Positions 21,772 through 31,954 of a DNA stretch of 64,000 nt are shown in pieces. Position 1 is the first letter of the stretch; each line of letters starts with the position of its first letter. The position numbers were made by a program, and so were the translations under genes. The notes beneath the pieces are model-generated. The model had not been told where the DNA came from, did no database searches, and worked only from the letters and a program-made list of their open reading frames with translations. The stretch is from positions 64,001 through 128,000 of the forward strand of contig CAVTBR010000003.1 in NCBI GenBank assembly GCA_963733055.1. Reading direction: 5' to 3'. The stretch comes from Candidatus Bathyarchaeota archaeon (GTDB lineage: Archaea; Thermoproteota; Bathyarchaeia; 40CM-2-53-6).

Positions 21772-22506
21772 ATGGGTAAACAAATTCGGGTTCAGCGCCG
21801 AGGCAGGGGAGGCTCCAATTTCAGAGCCCACACCTTTAGGCGCATTGCGCCCACTAGATTCCCGGTGGTCAAGACGACTGACCCATCGCTGAGGGGAACT
21901 GTAAGGGAGATTATGCATGAGCCCGCGCGCGGCGCTCCACTTGCGCTTATAGAATTCACCGATGGGACATCTTGCTGCCTCCCCGCAACGGAAGGGTTGT
22001 TCATTAATCAAGGCATCATCGTCGGACGCGACGCGTCCCCTGATGTCGGAAACGTACTTCACCTAGGTCGCATTCCTGAAGGGACCCTCATCTCTAGTGT
22101 AGAGCTTCACCCCGGCGACGGCGGTCGCCTAGCCAAGTCGTCAGGCACCTATTGCCTCGTTGTTTCTCACACCCCACAGGGTACGGAACTACGGCTTCCC
22201 TCTGGCAAATCGCTGTACATGAACGACAAGTGTCGAGCAATGGTGGGAGTTGTTGCCGGGGCGGGAAGGATTGAGAAACCATTCCTAAAAGCCGGAACGG
22301 TATGGAAATTAATGCGAACCCGCGGCCGATTCTGGCCAATGGTTAGTGGGCAGAAGATGATTTCGGCCTCACATCCGCACGGCGGGGGCCGACACAAGCA
22401 TTCTGGCAAGCCAACGACTGTAGGTCGCAATACTCCGCCTGGAAGGAAAGTAGGAATGATCGCAGCCCGTCAGACTGGGCGTGCCAAACGTGCAATAAGA
22501 ACCTAA
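21772..22506 (+). CDS. rpl2: 50S ribosomal protein L2
   Basis: MGKQIRVQRRGRG, HEPARGAP, HPHGGG, PPGRKVG. Confidence 0.97.
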   Translation: MGKQIRVQRRGRGGSNFRAHTFRRIAPTRFPVVKTTDPSLRGTVREIMHEPARGAPLALIEFTDGTSCCLPATEGLFINQGIIVGRDASPDVGNVLHLGRIPEGTLISSVELHPGDGGRLAKSSGTYCLVVSHTPQGTELRLPSGKSLYMNDKCRAMVGVVAGAGRIEKPFLKAGTVWKLMRTRGRFWPMVSGQKMISASHPHGGGRHKHSGKPTTVGRNTPPGRKVGMIAARQTGRAKRAIRT

Positions 22507-22524
22507 GCAGAGTTGAGATGAAAC

Positions 22525-22917
22525 TTGACGCTTACCGATCCTTTGTCAAATGCCTTGAACACAATATACAACAACGAGAGACGTCACAAACGCGAGTGTA
22601 TTGTCTGGCCAGCTTCAAAACTCATGGGCCAGGTACTGCGAGTGATGCAGAAAAACGGATACATTGGGGAATTCGAATTTATCGACGACGGCCGTGCTGG
22701 AAAATACAGAATTCAGCTTCTTGGCCGAGTGAATAAGTGCGGAGTAATCAAGCCGCGCTACGCGATGAGAATCCCAGAGATCGAGCGATGGGAGGAGCGT
22801 TATCTTCCATCTCGCGAAGTTGGCGTTTTGATCGTGAGCACACCTAAGGGTGTTGTTTCGCACGGCGACGCTAGGACAGCTAAGACTGGTGGGCGTCTCT
22901 TGGCCTACGTATTCTGA
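22525..22917 (+). CDS. rps8: 30S ribosomal protein S8
   Basis: DPLSNAL, GYIGEFEFIDDGR, NKCGVIKPR, GGRLLAYV. Confidence 0.97.
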   Translation: MTLTDPLSNALNTIYNNERRHKRECIVWPASKLMGQVLRVMQKNGYIGEFEFIDDGRAGKYRIQLLGRVNKCGVIKPRYAMRIPEIERWEERYLPSREVGVLIVSTPKGVVSHGDARTAKTGGRLLAYVF

Positions 22918-22996
22918 CATCGTGACTTTGGAAACCCTTTATTTCGCATTTGTGGGTTGCGTATAGTTTAGGTAAGTGAAAGAGAGCTAGAGAAAA

Positions 22997-23596
22997 ATGG
23001 CTAAGGGCCCCCAATACAATCTTCCATTCAGACGCCGGCGTGAGGGTAGGACTAACTACGGAAAACGTAGGAAGCTTGTCACATCCGGCATGACTAGACT
23101 CGTGGTACGCCCCTCAAACAAACATATCGCAGCTCAATTGGTGCGAGCACAGGCGGATGGAGATCGAATACTTGCGAGCGCACATTCGTCCGAATTGAAA
23201 GAATTTGGCTGGAAGGCCCCGTGTGGCAATTTACCTGCCGCGTATCTGACAGGACTGTTGGCTGGGCAAAGAGCCAAGTCGAGCGGAGTATCTGAGGCCA
23301 TTTTAGACATCGGGCTTCACGCAAGGGGCCCCGGTTCCCGATTATTCGCAGTCGCAAAGGGCGCGGTTGAAGCGGGGCTAAGCGTACCACATGAGGAAAA
23401 AGTATTCCCAAGCAAAGAACGTGTACAAGGGAAACATGTCGTTGATTACTCGAAAAAGCTAGGTTCAGACATCGAGCGCTACAAGAAGACCTTCTCAACA
23501 TACCTGAAACAGAAGTTGAAACCTGAAGACCTGACTACCCACTTCGAACAGGTCCAAGCCAAAATGAAAGGAAAACCGGAGGCCCCCAGTAATTGA
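22997..23596 (+). CDS. rpl18: 50S ribosomal protein L18
   Basis: FRRRREGRTNYGKR, NLPAAYLTGLL, AILDIG. Confidence 0.97.
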   Translation: MAKGPQYNLPFRRRREGRTNYGKRRKLVTSGMTRLVVRPSNKHIAAQLVRAQADGDRILASAHSSELKEFGWKAPCGNLPAAYLTGLLAGQRAKSSGVSEAILDIGLHARGPGSRLFAVAKGAVEAGLSVPHEEKVFPSKERVQGKHVVDYSKKLGSDIERYKKTFSTYLKQKLKPEDLTTHFEQVQAKMKGKPEAPSN

Positions 23597-24222
23597 GCAC
23601 AACCGGGAAAAGAAAAGCAAAGCCGAAGGTTGCACGCAAAACAGCGACAAAACCCCGTGCGGCGAAGAAGCATGTGCCGGCAACCAAGAAGTCAATAGAG
23701 ACTCCATCGCTGCCGCCCGCAAAGAAGGAGAGTTTAGCGCCTGAGAAGTCTTACCTACTAGTGATTAGGCTCAAGGGAGAATTCGGAACCCCATGGGACC
23801 TTGGAACAGCCTTGACGACCCTACATCTGAAAGGAAAATTCAACGCGGTCCTAGTCGAAAATAAACCTGAAAATATTGGAATGCTCAGAAAAGTGAAAGA
23901 CTACGTCACGTGGGGCGACGTCAGCGCGAACGATGTTGCGATGTTGCTCAAGGAGAGAGGCGAGTTCACGGGAGGCTCTCCCATGACGGATGAGACGATT
24001 AAGAAAAAATTCGGCGAACCGACAGTCCAAGATTTGGCGTCCGCCTTGATTAATGGTCGAATTGACCTGCGAACTCTACGGCAAGGAGGACTGAGCCCAG
24101 TGTTTAGGCTGCATCCACCTTCGGGAGGGTTTGATGGAACCATAAAACGACCATACACCAGCCGGGGCGAACTGGGAAACCGAGGACCGACAATGAAAGA
24201 CCTGCTCGACCGAATGATGTGA
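23593..24222 (+). CDS. rpl30: 50S ribosomal protein L30 (uL30) with K/A/P-rich N-terminal extension
   Basis: GMLRKVKDYVTWG, FRLHPPSGG, GELGNRG. Confidence 0.93.
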   Translation: MSTTGKRKAKPKVARKTATKPRAAKKHVPATKKSIETPSLPPAKKESLAPEKSYLLVIRLKGEFGTPWDLGTALTTLHLKGKFNAVLVENKPENIGMLRKVKDYVTWGDVSANDVAMLLKERGEFTGGSPMTDETIKKKFGEPTVQDLASALINGRIDLRTLRQGGLSPVFRLHPPSGGFDGTIKRPYTSRGELGNRGPTMKDLLDRMM

Positions 24223-24275
24223 ATCCCTAGTTCGCAGGCACTCTCTAAAGAATTCTCAATGATCCTTGACCTGAC

Positions 24276-25040
24276 TTGGTCCACCCTCCTTTAAGGTCAA
24301 TTCCAATTCGTTTCCCAATCGTGGCGCCCGGTCAACGCCTGAGCTCTATCGTATCAACGTCCCTAGAGAGTTCGGGACTGGCACTACAACATAGAGATGT
24401 CGTTGCCGTCGCTAGCAAAGTAGTTTCTACTTGTGAAGGACGAATCGTCAAGCTCCGGGACGTGCGGGTGTCGCCCAAGGCGATGAGAATGGCCCGCAAG
24501 TGGAACATGAATCGACACCTGACCGCGGTCGTATTGAGTGAGGCCGATGAAGTCCTCGGCGGTGTTCCTGGATTTCTGCTAACGATAAAGAACGGAACTT
24601 TGACACCCAACGCGGGTGTAGACCTTAAGAACTCCCCCGTCGGTACGGCAACTCTCTGGCCACTCGATCCAGATAAATCGGCCCAACAGCTGCGGTCAGG
24701 TCTGGAACGTAGGTATCGCACGAGAATTGGGGTCGAAATTGTGGACAGTCACCTAACGCCCTTGCGGTTAGGAACAGTCGGTTTAGCCATTGGGGTTTCC
24801 GGATTCCTTCCAATCCTCGATAATCGCACAAGAACAGACTTGTTCGGACGGACCATCAAGGTTACCCAGACGAACTTGGCAGACGATTTAGCGGCTATGG
24901 CTCACATGCTGATGGGCGAAGGAGCTGAGCGGGTAGGCGCTGTGTTGATCCGCGGTGCGCGGGTGGCGTTGAACAGTTCAGGCGGCAGCAAATCCGCTAA
25001 GTTGAATCAGAATAAATGCCTGATTGGTAGCAAATTATGA
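24276..25040 (+). CDS. cofE: Coenzyme F420-0:gamma-glutamyl ligase family
   Basis: ASKVVSTCEGR, NAGVD, PLDPDKSA, DLFGR, NLADDLA, MGEGAE. Confidence 0.88.
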   Translation: MVHPPLRSIPIRFPIVAPGQRLSSIVSTSLESSGLALQHRDVVAVASKVVSTCEGRIVKLRDVRVSPKAMRMARKWNMNRHLTAVVLSEADEVLGGVPGFLLTIKNGTLTPNAGVDLKNSPVGTATLWPLDPDKSAQQLRSGLERRYRTRIGVEIVDSHLTPLRLGTVGLAIGVSGFLPILDNRTRTDLFGRTIKVTQTNLADDLAAMAHMLMGEGAERVGAVLIRGARVALNSSGGSKSAKLNQNKCLIGSKL

Positions 25041-25090
25041 GGTACGTACTGGATCGATGGGCCTGGTCGTAGAAGAGTTTGGAAGAGGTC

Positions 25091-26845
25091 TTAGATGTCT
25101 GAGGGAAGGTGTTTCTCCGGAGCTCTGCCCGCAAAGCGGTATAGCTTGCGCTCGCCATCAGAATCAATGACAGTAGTGATCAATTTCGAGTCCCTTAGTC
25201 TCTTTAGATGGTAATGGACGATTTGCTGGCTTAACCCCAAATCTTTCGCGAGTTGCGCCTCCCATATTCCCGGGTGTTCAAGCACCCAGAGCATAATTCG
25301 GGTACGCAGGGTATCAATTGAGCCGCCTTCAGTTGGTTTAACGTAGAATCTGCGAGTCAACCCGTCGCGGAATGATGATATTGAGCCGGCCTTCTCTAAC
25401 TCTATCAACCTCAGCATCCCAATTCTGTCCTTCTCACTGGAGCGGTTGATCTCGCCTGCGTTGAGCCCCGGCTTTCGCGCCAAGAGACGGACAACTTCTT
25501 GACCCGTGGTATTTCGCTTTCTTGCGTGCGAGGCAATCGAGACCGCAGAACAAACCGAGAGCCATTTGTAACGGCCTTCTTCAATCCAAGCGGATCCAGC
25601 AACTCCGACGCTGCTCGCAAGAACAATCGCGGCGACCCACTCGAGTGGGTTATTTTGATTGGACGGGGTGACTACCTTAACCAGTCCATTCTGAGAAACT
25701 CCGTACAAGCTTCCGTCGTCTAATATTGTGGCGGCGATCAAGGGTACACGAACCACTCCATTCCCGGTCTGTACAATGTCGCCTCCAATGTTCATTCGAA
25801 TGTAACTCACATTTGTGGTGGGAGGTGTTGTGGTGGCCGTCGGTTGAAGGTTTAGAGAGGGTCCGTACCAGACAACGTACAAATTATCCTGGGAGTCCGT
25901 CGAAATTGCAAGGTACTTTGACTGTCCAGCCGTATAATTCAGTTGTTTAAGGTATACAAGTTGGCCCCTCGCGGATATTTGGGAGACGTATACTGATTCG
26001 TTCGACGTCTGTGTTTGCCATACGACGAAGGCTCCGTCTTGGCCTGATAATGGTGTGATTGACACATCACGCAGAGTGTCCTCAAAACGCGCAACCTGCA
26101 GCCTTGTTAGGAGCGTTCCGTTCGATCCAAGCTTCGCGTAGTTGACTGTCGAACCGAGTTGGCCATTGGTCTGACTCTCTCCCCAAGCCAACTGCAGATG
26201 TCTGGAAGAATTATCGAAGACGACTCTAGCTTCCGGAGGAAATGCGTTTACTTGGTTGTACGCCGCGATGGGTTCGAATTGCGTAAATGTGTTAGATGAT
26301 ATCCAGCCGTATTCGACAATTGCACGTGCTGTGTTTGGGTTGTATTCGGTCCAGGTCATGTAAATTGTCCCATTATTGTCAGGTGCCAACGAGGGCCACA
26401 TTATCAGCGATCTACGGGTGATGAGAGTCTGGATCTTCTGAAGAGATGTTGAGTTGAAGTGTAGAATGTATAAGTCCGAGGACAAATTGGGCGAAGAGGT
26501 GATCTCATCCGCCCAAACAATGATTGCGTTATTGCGATTGTCTACAGCCAAGTCGGCTGATTGAACAGTAGTACTATTCGTGATCCTAGTGGGTGGGACA
26601 GCATCAGTCCCGTTTGGACTGTATTTACTGTACCATATACCCGGCCCAGCGAGTGAGTTGTTGAGTGCTGGAACGAGCCACAGCACATGGACGTTTCCCT
26701 TCGTATCCTGGAAGACTTTTGTGTGCCAGTCGCTCGAAGCAGCTGCTCCTGAGTTCCTTGGGTAGCCCTGCGCTCCGACGGCGACCGGAGCTGAGGCTAG
26801 CAGAGCAAACGTTAACGCAAGTAGGGCGACGAACGCTCTCGGCAT
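25091..26845 (-). CDS. Membrane-anchored regulator: extracellular repeat domain, TM helix, two winged-HTH domains
   Basis: Signal peptide, repeated D..G/N..xxW blades, TM helix, HPGIWEAQLAKDLGLSQQIVHYHLKRL. Confidence 0.8.
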   Translation of the reverse strand: MPRAFVALLALTFALLASAPVAVGAQGYPRNSGAAASSDWHTKVFQDTKGNVHVLWLVPALNNSLAGPGIWYSKYSPNGTDAVPPTRITNSTTVQSADLAVDNRNNAIIVWADEITSSPNLSSDLYILHFNSTSLQKIQTLITRRSLIMWPSLAPDNNGTIYMTWTEYNPNTARAIVEYGWISSNTFTQFEPIAAYNQVNAFPPEARVVFDNSSRHLQLAWGESQTNGQLGSTVNYAKLGSNGTLLTRLQVARFEDTLRDVSITPLSGQDGAFVVWQTQTSNESVYVSQISARGQLVYLKQLNYTAGQSKYLAISTDSQDNLYVVWYGPSLNLQPTATTTPPTTNVSYIRMNIGGDIVQTGNGVVRVPLIAATILDDGSLYGVSQNGLVKVVTPSNQNNPLEWVAAIVLASSVGVAGSAWIEEGRYKWLSVCSAVSIASHARKRNTTGQEVVRLLARKPGLNAGEINRSSEKDRIGMLRLIELEKAGSISSFRDGLTRRFYVKPTEGGSIDTLRTRIMLWVLEHPGIWEAQLAKDLGLSQQIVHYHLKRLRDSKLITTVIDSDGERKLYRFAGRAPEKHLPSDI

Positions 26846-26914
26846 CTGGACAGCTCATCATTATTCGTATAAGCCTCGCATTAAGAACGTGTCGTTTCAT
26901 GCGTGCACGTGTAT

Positions 26915-27867
26915 TTAGATGCCGACTAATTCGGTTTGCATTTTTGTAGGCGGGTAATTATAGGTTACAACCAGCCACGAATCTAGAATCCGGTAGCTGT
27001 TGGCGTTCCTGTAGACCTGATGAGCTTGATTCCAGCGTTGCAAGGCAATGTCCGACGAGGGAAACAATAATGCACGTGAGACTTGGATCGATCCTCCACT
27101 CCCAATTATCGATTTCGTCGCCATCACAGTATCGTTAAGTTGAGTTGGAAATCGACCGACAAATAACGCCACATAACTCTGGTCAGTGACTCCACTTGCA
27201 TATACGCTTCTTCTAACTCTGAGGTCGTCAAACAGGCCTTGCCCATTCGAGCTTACTTTGTCCAGAATGGCCTGTACGTTCTGCAGGCCCGTGTTCTTGT
27301 CATTACTCAACAGTATATGTTGATTCACGACAGCAAAGTAGCCAAGACCCGGGCTCTGTCGCCGGGCTCCTGCAGCAGTAGAGAATAGACCAAAAACCCG
27401 TCATAGAGGGCGGGCGGACGGACCCTCGTGAGGTTACTGGTGGCAAGTTCCTGAGAAAGAATTGCTTGTTTGCTTGCGGAGACTTGGAGTAATATCGCTG
27501 ACCCGCTGTATTTGGGTTCGGGCAGTTGAATCGCTACTTCGTATGTAACATCTACCGGAATTACTGAAAATCCTAGTTGGGGTAATTGTATGAGCGCGTC
27601 CATGCCGAATAATGATGAGTTACCGCTTACCGAGTATGCTTGTCTGTAATTTACGTATCCAACGTACTCGGCGTTTGCGGGAATATATTGCATCCAGTCT
27701 TGAGAGTTGAATACAAATGTGTCTGGAATGTGTTCGACGGTGGGAAGGGTCGAGTAATATGAAGCGCCGATGATTATGATGATCACGACGAACGTACCGA
27801 GGAAAGAGTATGTTCGCAGTCGCCGTGGGTCGCTTTTCTTCGACTCGCTTCGCTTTCTTGATGCCAA
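26915..27867 (-). CDS. Membrane-anchored hypothetical protein, probably one gene frameshifted near 27355
   Basis: Two abutting ORFs; N-terminal TM; second frame reads PGLGYFAVVNQH across the junction. Confidence 0.6.
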
Positions 27868-27902
27868 CTATTCAGCACGAGCTTAATTCCTAGCGTAGGA
27901 TT

Positions 27903-28271
27903 ATGCGTTCTGGAAAGGGTGTTATGTTAACGTTTCTTACTCTCTTATCCAAGTCGGCGCGGATTGCGGTTGGGCTTCTAGTTGCCGACGGTGCTGCGGC
28001 TTACGGTTTAACTTTGCTAAGCTATCGCTTCACCGAAACGCTGGGTGACCTCATGCTCGTTGAAGTTGCGATTTTGTTCATCATGGCGGGGCTATTGGAT
28101 TTCTCATCTTCAGTCGGGGCAGTTCAATTCAGGAAGACGATCCTAGGCTCTAAACAGGAATATTCCTCGTCCGCCCATAAAGAGGCGGAAAAGAAAGCAT
28201 TAGTGTTTCTCCTTGACGGCGTTATCCTACTCTTCCTGCTGGTAGCGCTCGCACTTTATGGCGTATCATGA
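27903..28271 (+). CDS. Small 3-TM membrane protein
   Basis: Three hydrophobic segments; fills the gap between neighbours. Confidence 0.65.
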   Translation: MRSGKGVMLTFLTLLSKSARIAVGLLVADGAAAYGLTLLSYRFTETLGDLMLVEVAILFIMAGLLDFSSSVGAVQFRKTILGSKQEYSSSAHKEAEKKALVFLLDGVILLFLLVALALYGVS

Positions 28272-28286
28272 CAAAACGCTGAGACT

Positions 28287-28325
28287 AAGAAAAACGGGGG
28301 GCGCCGGAGGGTTTCCTCTCGGCGC
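28287..28325 (-). terminator. Hairpin plus T-tract after the substrate-binding protein gene
   Basis: GCGCCGGAGG-gttt-CCTCTCGGCGC stem 10 nt past the stop, then TTTTTCTT on the minus strand. Confidence 0.65.
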
Positions 28326-28334
28326 AAGTTCTAG

Positions 28335-30761
28335 TTACTTTGTAGTGGTTGGTTTCTTCTTCCGGCTTCGCATCCAGAGGGCTGCGCCTACGATTGCAAT
28401 GATTACGACGATCGGTACGGCGACAACCATTGCGTCCGTTGAGGCGGAGGAGACTGTAACGGGGTCAGTGGTTTGCGATTGGCCTGGGAGTGGTGTCCAT
28501 AGGACTCTACCGTTAAGCCAGTCAGCGCTGGTGGTGCTCAAGGTTTGGTACTCCATCTCGTCTAGTTTGATGGTTCCGTTCTGGATTCCTGCTACGATGC
28601 CGGGTGTTGGGACGATGCCAGTGAAGTTCGCTCGGTACCATACCGAGCCGAAGGCTGGGGGTGCCGCTGCAGCGGTTGTGTAGCGACTGGAGTTATCAGT
28701 CAGGAGCGGAGCGAAATCAGTCCACGTGTTCCCTCCATCGGTGCTCTGCTGCACCATCACTAGCATATCTGCGGCTGGTCCTGTGCCGGATATGGTTACG
28801 GAACCACTACCCAGCATTGGGCTTCCCGCAGCAGCGATTGGCGCAGGCGGTGCGACGTTGACCGTGTAACCCGCTTGTTGTAGGAGTGAGGCTGCCGCGT
28901 TGAGGTCGTAGGAATCAGGTGTTAGGCTTGAGTCGTACCACACACCGAATCCTGGGCCGGGGGCAACTGCCATTGAAACTCCGACACCGTTTAGGAGTGA
29001 GCTTACGATCAAGTCTCGTGGGATCATGTGGCTGATTGCTTTGCGGATATCGCGGGCTGCTCCAGCTGCTTTGGTTGGGTCGCTCGTTCCGGCCGGTGTG
29101 GCTGTTCCGGTGCCGAAGATGGGGTTATTCATGTTGATTCCCATCTCCTGCCAACCCAGCTCAGGTACCGACATAACGTTGACGTTAGAGATGGCTTGAA
29201 GCGTCGACCTGTCTTTGGCAAGACCGTACTGTGAATCGAGCATGTCCACCTGCCCGTTCTTGAGGGCTGCGATGGCTGCGTCTTTGCTGCTGATCCACTG
29301 AACCTTGTACGTGTCAACCGAGAACTGTCCCATCGATTTGAGGCCGGTGGCGTTCCAGTAGCCTGGGAAGCTCGTTAGGGTTGCGATGTTGTTGGTGAAG
29401 TCGTAGCTCTGCAACTCATATGCTCCCGCGCCCACTGGACCGACGGCAGTGTAACTGCCCGAACCACCATACTGTTTCGTATCCCAAGTATAGGTATACG
29501 GCCCAGAGGCGGTGCTGAACGGCGCGCTATCCCATGTTGAGAAGGGGAACTTCTCCATGATGTGCATGGGTAGCGGTGCAAAGGCCGCGAAGGTCGGACT
29601 TGTGAAGGCGTAGATTGCGGGCATGTGGAACTGGAATTGGTACCTGCTCGTAGCTTTCCACCAACCATCTGTCTCAGGAACTCCCGGGCCAGTGTTGTCG
29701 TCAACCCTCGATGTTCCATTTAGGAACGTGAAGGTGACTTTGCTTCCGAGGTAAGAAACAGCGCTGCCCAGTCCTACGCTGGCTGTGCTTGGATTCGTTA
29801 ATGCGTATTGGGTGAAGACGAAGTCGTCAGCGGTTGCTTCAACACCACTTTGGAACATTACACCAGGTTTGATGTTCACGGTCCAAGTGGTTCCGTCTGC
29901 GCTTGCGGTTATGTTCTGAGCGGTGCCGGGTATGTAGCAACTGCAACGAGGATCAGCCTCTTGCAGAGCTCCACCTATGATTGGTGTCCACACGTAGTAT
30001 GCATATTGGCTGTTGGATGCGGCTGTGACGGCTGGGTTTAGGTTGTTGCCTGGGAAGATGTTGGCTGCTTCTGCTAGGGTTAGAGTGTTACTTCCTCCCC
30101 AGTGCTGAAGGTCTCCTCCAGGGAAGGTGACGTCGCTGTAGAGGGTAGAGTTACCCCACTCTGTGAACTTTGACACTCTTGGAACGACGCTAACGGGCTC
30201 GAAGATGTAATTGTACGGAGCGTCGTTGAAGACTTGATCCTCAAATTGGTGAGTCAGTTGGATCTGTGTCGCGGTGTCTGTTGTGGTGTAAAGCTTGTCG
30301 AAGATTGCGTTCACTGTTGGACTGTTGTAATATGCGTAATTGCTTCCGGTAGGTGGAACATATGCGGGTCTTCCGTCAAAGTTTCCACGGAAATCGGGAA
30401 CAAAGCCTGTGAAGCCCCATCCGATGAATCCTATATCATACCCACCTTGGGCAAACGAGGAACCCGGGGGGGCTGTGGCTGCGAAGAGTCGATTCGATAG
30501 TTGGTCGAAGTTCACGTAGAACAACTTCGCATCGATGCCTACGGATATCATGTTGCTGGTTATGATGCTCGCGTACTGTCTCCTCACCGAGTTTCCACCC
30601 GTGGGAGCGATCAGAGTAACCGAAAACAAAGTCGGCGTCTGAGCATACGCGTGACTGAACATAACCGGAACTGCTGTTGATGCAGTAACGTAGATTAGAA
30701 GTGCTAAGGATATGCCTTGAATGATGTACTTTAGGGATTTGTTAGACATTTTCATTTTCAC
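28335..30761 (-). CDS. ABC transporter substrate-binding protein (family 5, peptide/nickel), circularly permuted, with C-terminal TM anchor
   Basis: FQSGVEATADDFVFT, GPVGAGAY, IRKAISHMIPR, YDLNAAASLL; GYDIGF..W lobe sits at the N-terminus; divergent from dppBCDF. Confidence 0.88.
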   Translation of the reverse strand: MKMKMSNKSLKYIIQGISLALLIYVTASTAVPVMFSHAYAQTPTLFSVTLIAPTGGNSVRRQYASIITSNMISVGIDAKLFYVNFDQLSNRLFAATAPPGSSFAQGGYDIGFIGWGFTGFVPDFRGNFDGRPAYVPPTGSNYAYYNSPTVNAIFDKLYTTTDTATQIQLTHQFEDQVFNDAPYNYIFEPVSVVPRVSKFTEWGNSTLYSDVTFPGGDLQHWGGSNTLTLAEAANIFPGNNLNPAVTAASNSQYAYYVWTPIIGGALQEADPRCSCYIPGTAQNITASADGTTWTVNIKPGVMFQSGVEATADDFVFTQYALTNPSTASVGLGSAVSYLGSKVTFTFLNGTSRVDDNTGPGVPETDGWWKATSRYQFQFHMPAIYAFTSPTFAAFAPLPMHIMEKFPFSTWDSAPFSTASGPYTYTWDTKQYGGSGSYTAVGPVGAGAYELQSYDFTNNIATLTSFPGYWNATGLKSMGQFSVDTYKVQWISSKDAAIAALKNGQVDMLDSQYGLAKDRSTLQAISNVNVMSVPELGWQEMGINMNNPIFGTGTATPAGTSDPTKAAGAARDIRKAISHMIPRDLIVSSLLNGVGVSMAVAPGPGFGVWYDSSLTPDSYDLNAAASLLQQAGYTVNVAPPAPIAAAGSPMLGSGSVTISGTGPAADMLVMVQQSTDGGNTWTDFAPLLTDNSSRYTTAAAAPPAFGSVWYRANFTGIVPTPGIVAGIQNGTIKLDEMEYQTLSTTSADWLNGRVLWTPLPGQSQTTDPVTVSSASTDAMVVAVPIVVIIAIVGAALWMRSRKKKPTTTK

Positions 30762-30985
30762 GTAATTTAAGGCTCAGTAAGAACCGTATTTAGGCTTTCC
30801 CACAAAGCCCTCCTCTAGGTTCACGTATGAACTCAGAGCCCGACAAAATCGGGTTGGTGCCGCAAATTCGGTGCAGGGTCTTCGGTTGGTCCGCTAATCC
30901 CCTACGCGTTAGATTCTCGCATGATTCCTTGAAGCGCAAACGTTAATTGTTTGAAACTCGCGCATTGTCAATGTAAGGATAGGAC

Positions 30986-31954
30986 ATGGCAAGCCTAATC
31001 CGATACGTTATCCGCCGCTTGCTATTCATGATCCCCGTCTTCCTTGGAGTTGCAGTTCTGACTTTTGGTGTAGGAAACGCAGCAGGGAACCCGATAAATC
31101 TGATCCGTGCCGGTCTCAGGAATCCGAACCCTGCGGTATTGAAAGCGCTAACAGCCTACTATCACCTAGATCGACCCGTTTGGGAACGATTCCTGTACTG
31201 GTTGTGGGACCTCCTGCATGGAAACTTGGGCGTGTCGATATCGGGAAGGCCTGTTCTGTCTCAGATTGGGCCGTGGACATTCACTACCTTAGAGTTGCAG
31301 ATTCTAGCGTTGATATTGGCAGTTGTCATAGGCGTACCAGTCGGAGTGTATTCTTCCAAGCATCAATACTCCAAGGCCGATTACGCGATAACGACCACAG
31401 CGATTTTTGGATTTTCGATGCCAGTTTTCTGGTTCGGAATTATGCTCATCGTGATCTTCTCATTGTGGCTCGGTTGGTTGCCAAGTAGTGGAGCTGTTAG
31501 TGTAAGTCGACCGTGGTGGGGAAGCAGTTTGCTAGACCCTATAGCACATTTGATTCTCCCCACGGTTGTATTAGTTTACGTAGAGTTGGCAACCTTTGTT
31601 CGCCTCGTGCGGGCAAATATGCTTGAGGTTATGCGGCAGGATTACATTCTAGCCGCCCGTGCCAGCGGGCTTAGTGAGCGAACTGTCACATATCGGTACG
31701 CTTTGAGGAACGCTATCAGTCCGGTAGTCACAATCATTGGGCTTGGATTTGGCGCGGCACTTGCTGGTGCGCCGGCTACAGAGACGACCTTCTCATGGCC
31801 GGGTCTCGGCCTAGCATTCACCCAAGCGGCCCTCACATTAGACATACCTCTCGTACAGGGGATAACGATCGTCATAACGGTGATGGTGTTGATGGCAAAC
31901 CTGATAACTGATTTCGTGTACGCCTTGATTGATCCGCGCGTAACCATACAGTGA
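30986..31954 (+). CDS. dppB: Peptide ABC transporter permease
   Basis: YVIRRLL, MPVFW, ILAARASGL (EAA), ETTFSWPGLG, IDPRV. Confidence 0.93.
   Translation: MASLIRYVIRRLLFMIPVFLGVAVLTFGVGNAAGNPINLIRAGLRNPNPAVLKALTAYYHLDRPVWERFLYWLWDLLHGNLGVSISGRPVLSQIGPWTFTTLELQILALILAVVIGVPVGVYSSKHQYSKADYAITTTAIFGFSMPVFWFGIMLIVIFSLWLGWLPSSGAVSVSRPWWGSSLLDPIAHLILPTVVLVYVELATFVRLVRANMLEVMRQDYILAARASGLSERTVTYRYALRNAISPVVTIIGLGFGAALAGAPATETTFSWPGLGLAFTQAALTLDIPLVQGITIVITVMVLMANLITDFVYALIDPRVTIQ

Noticed and set aside
27330-27370. GC hairpin at the junction of two ORFs as a possible intron
   Set aside because: No exon-exon helix flanks a 4-bp core; a one-base deletion explains it
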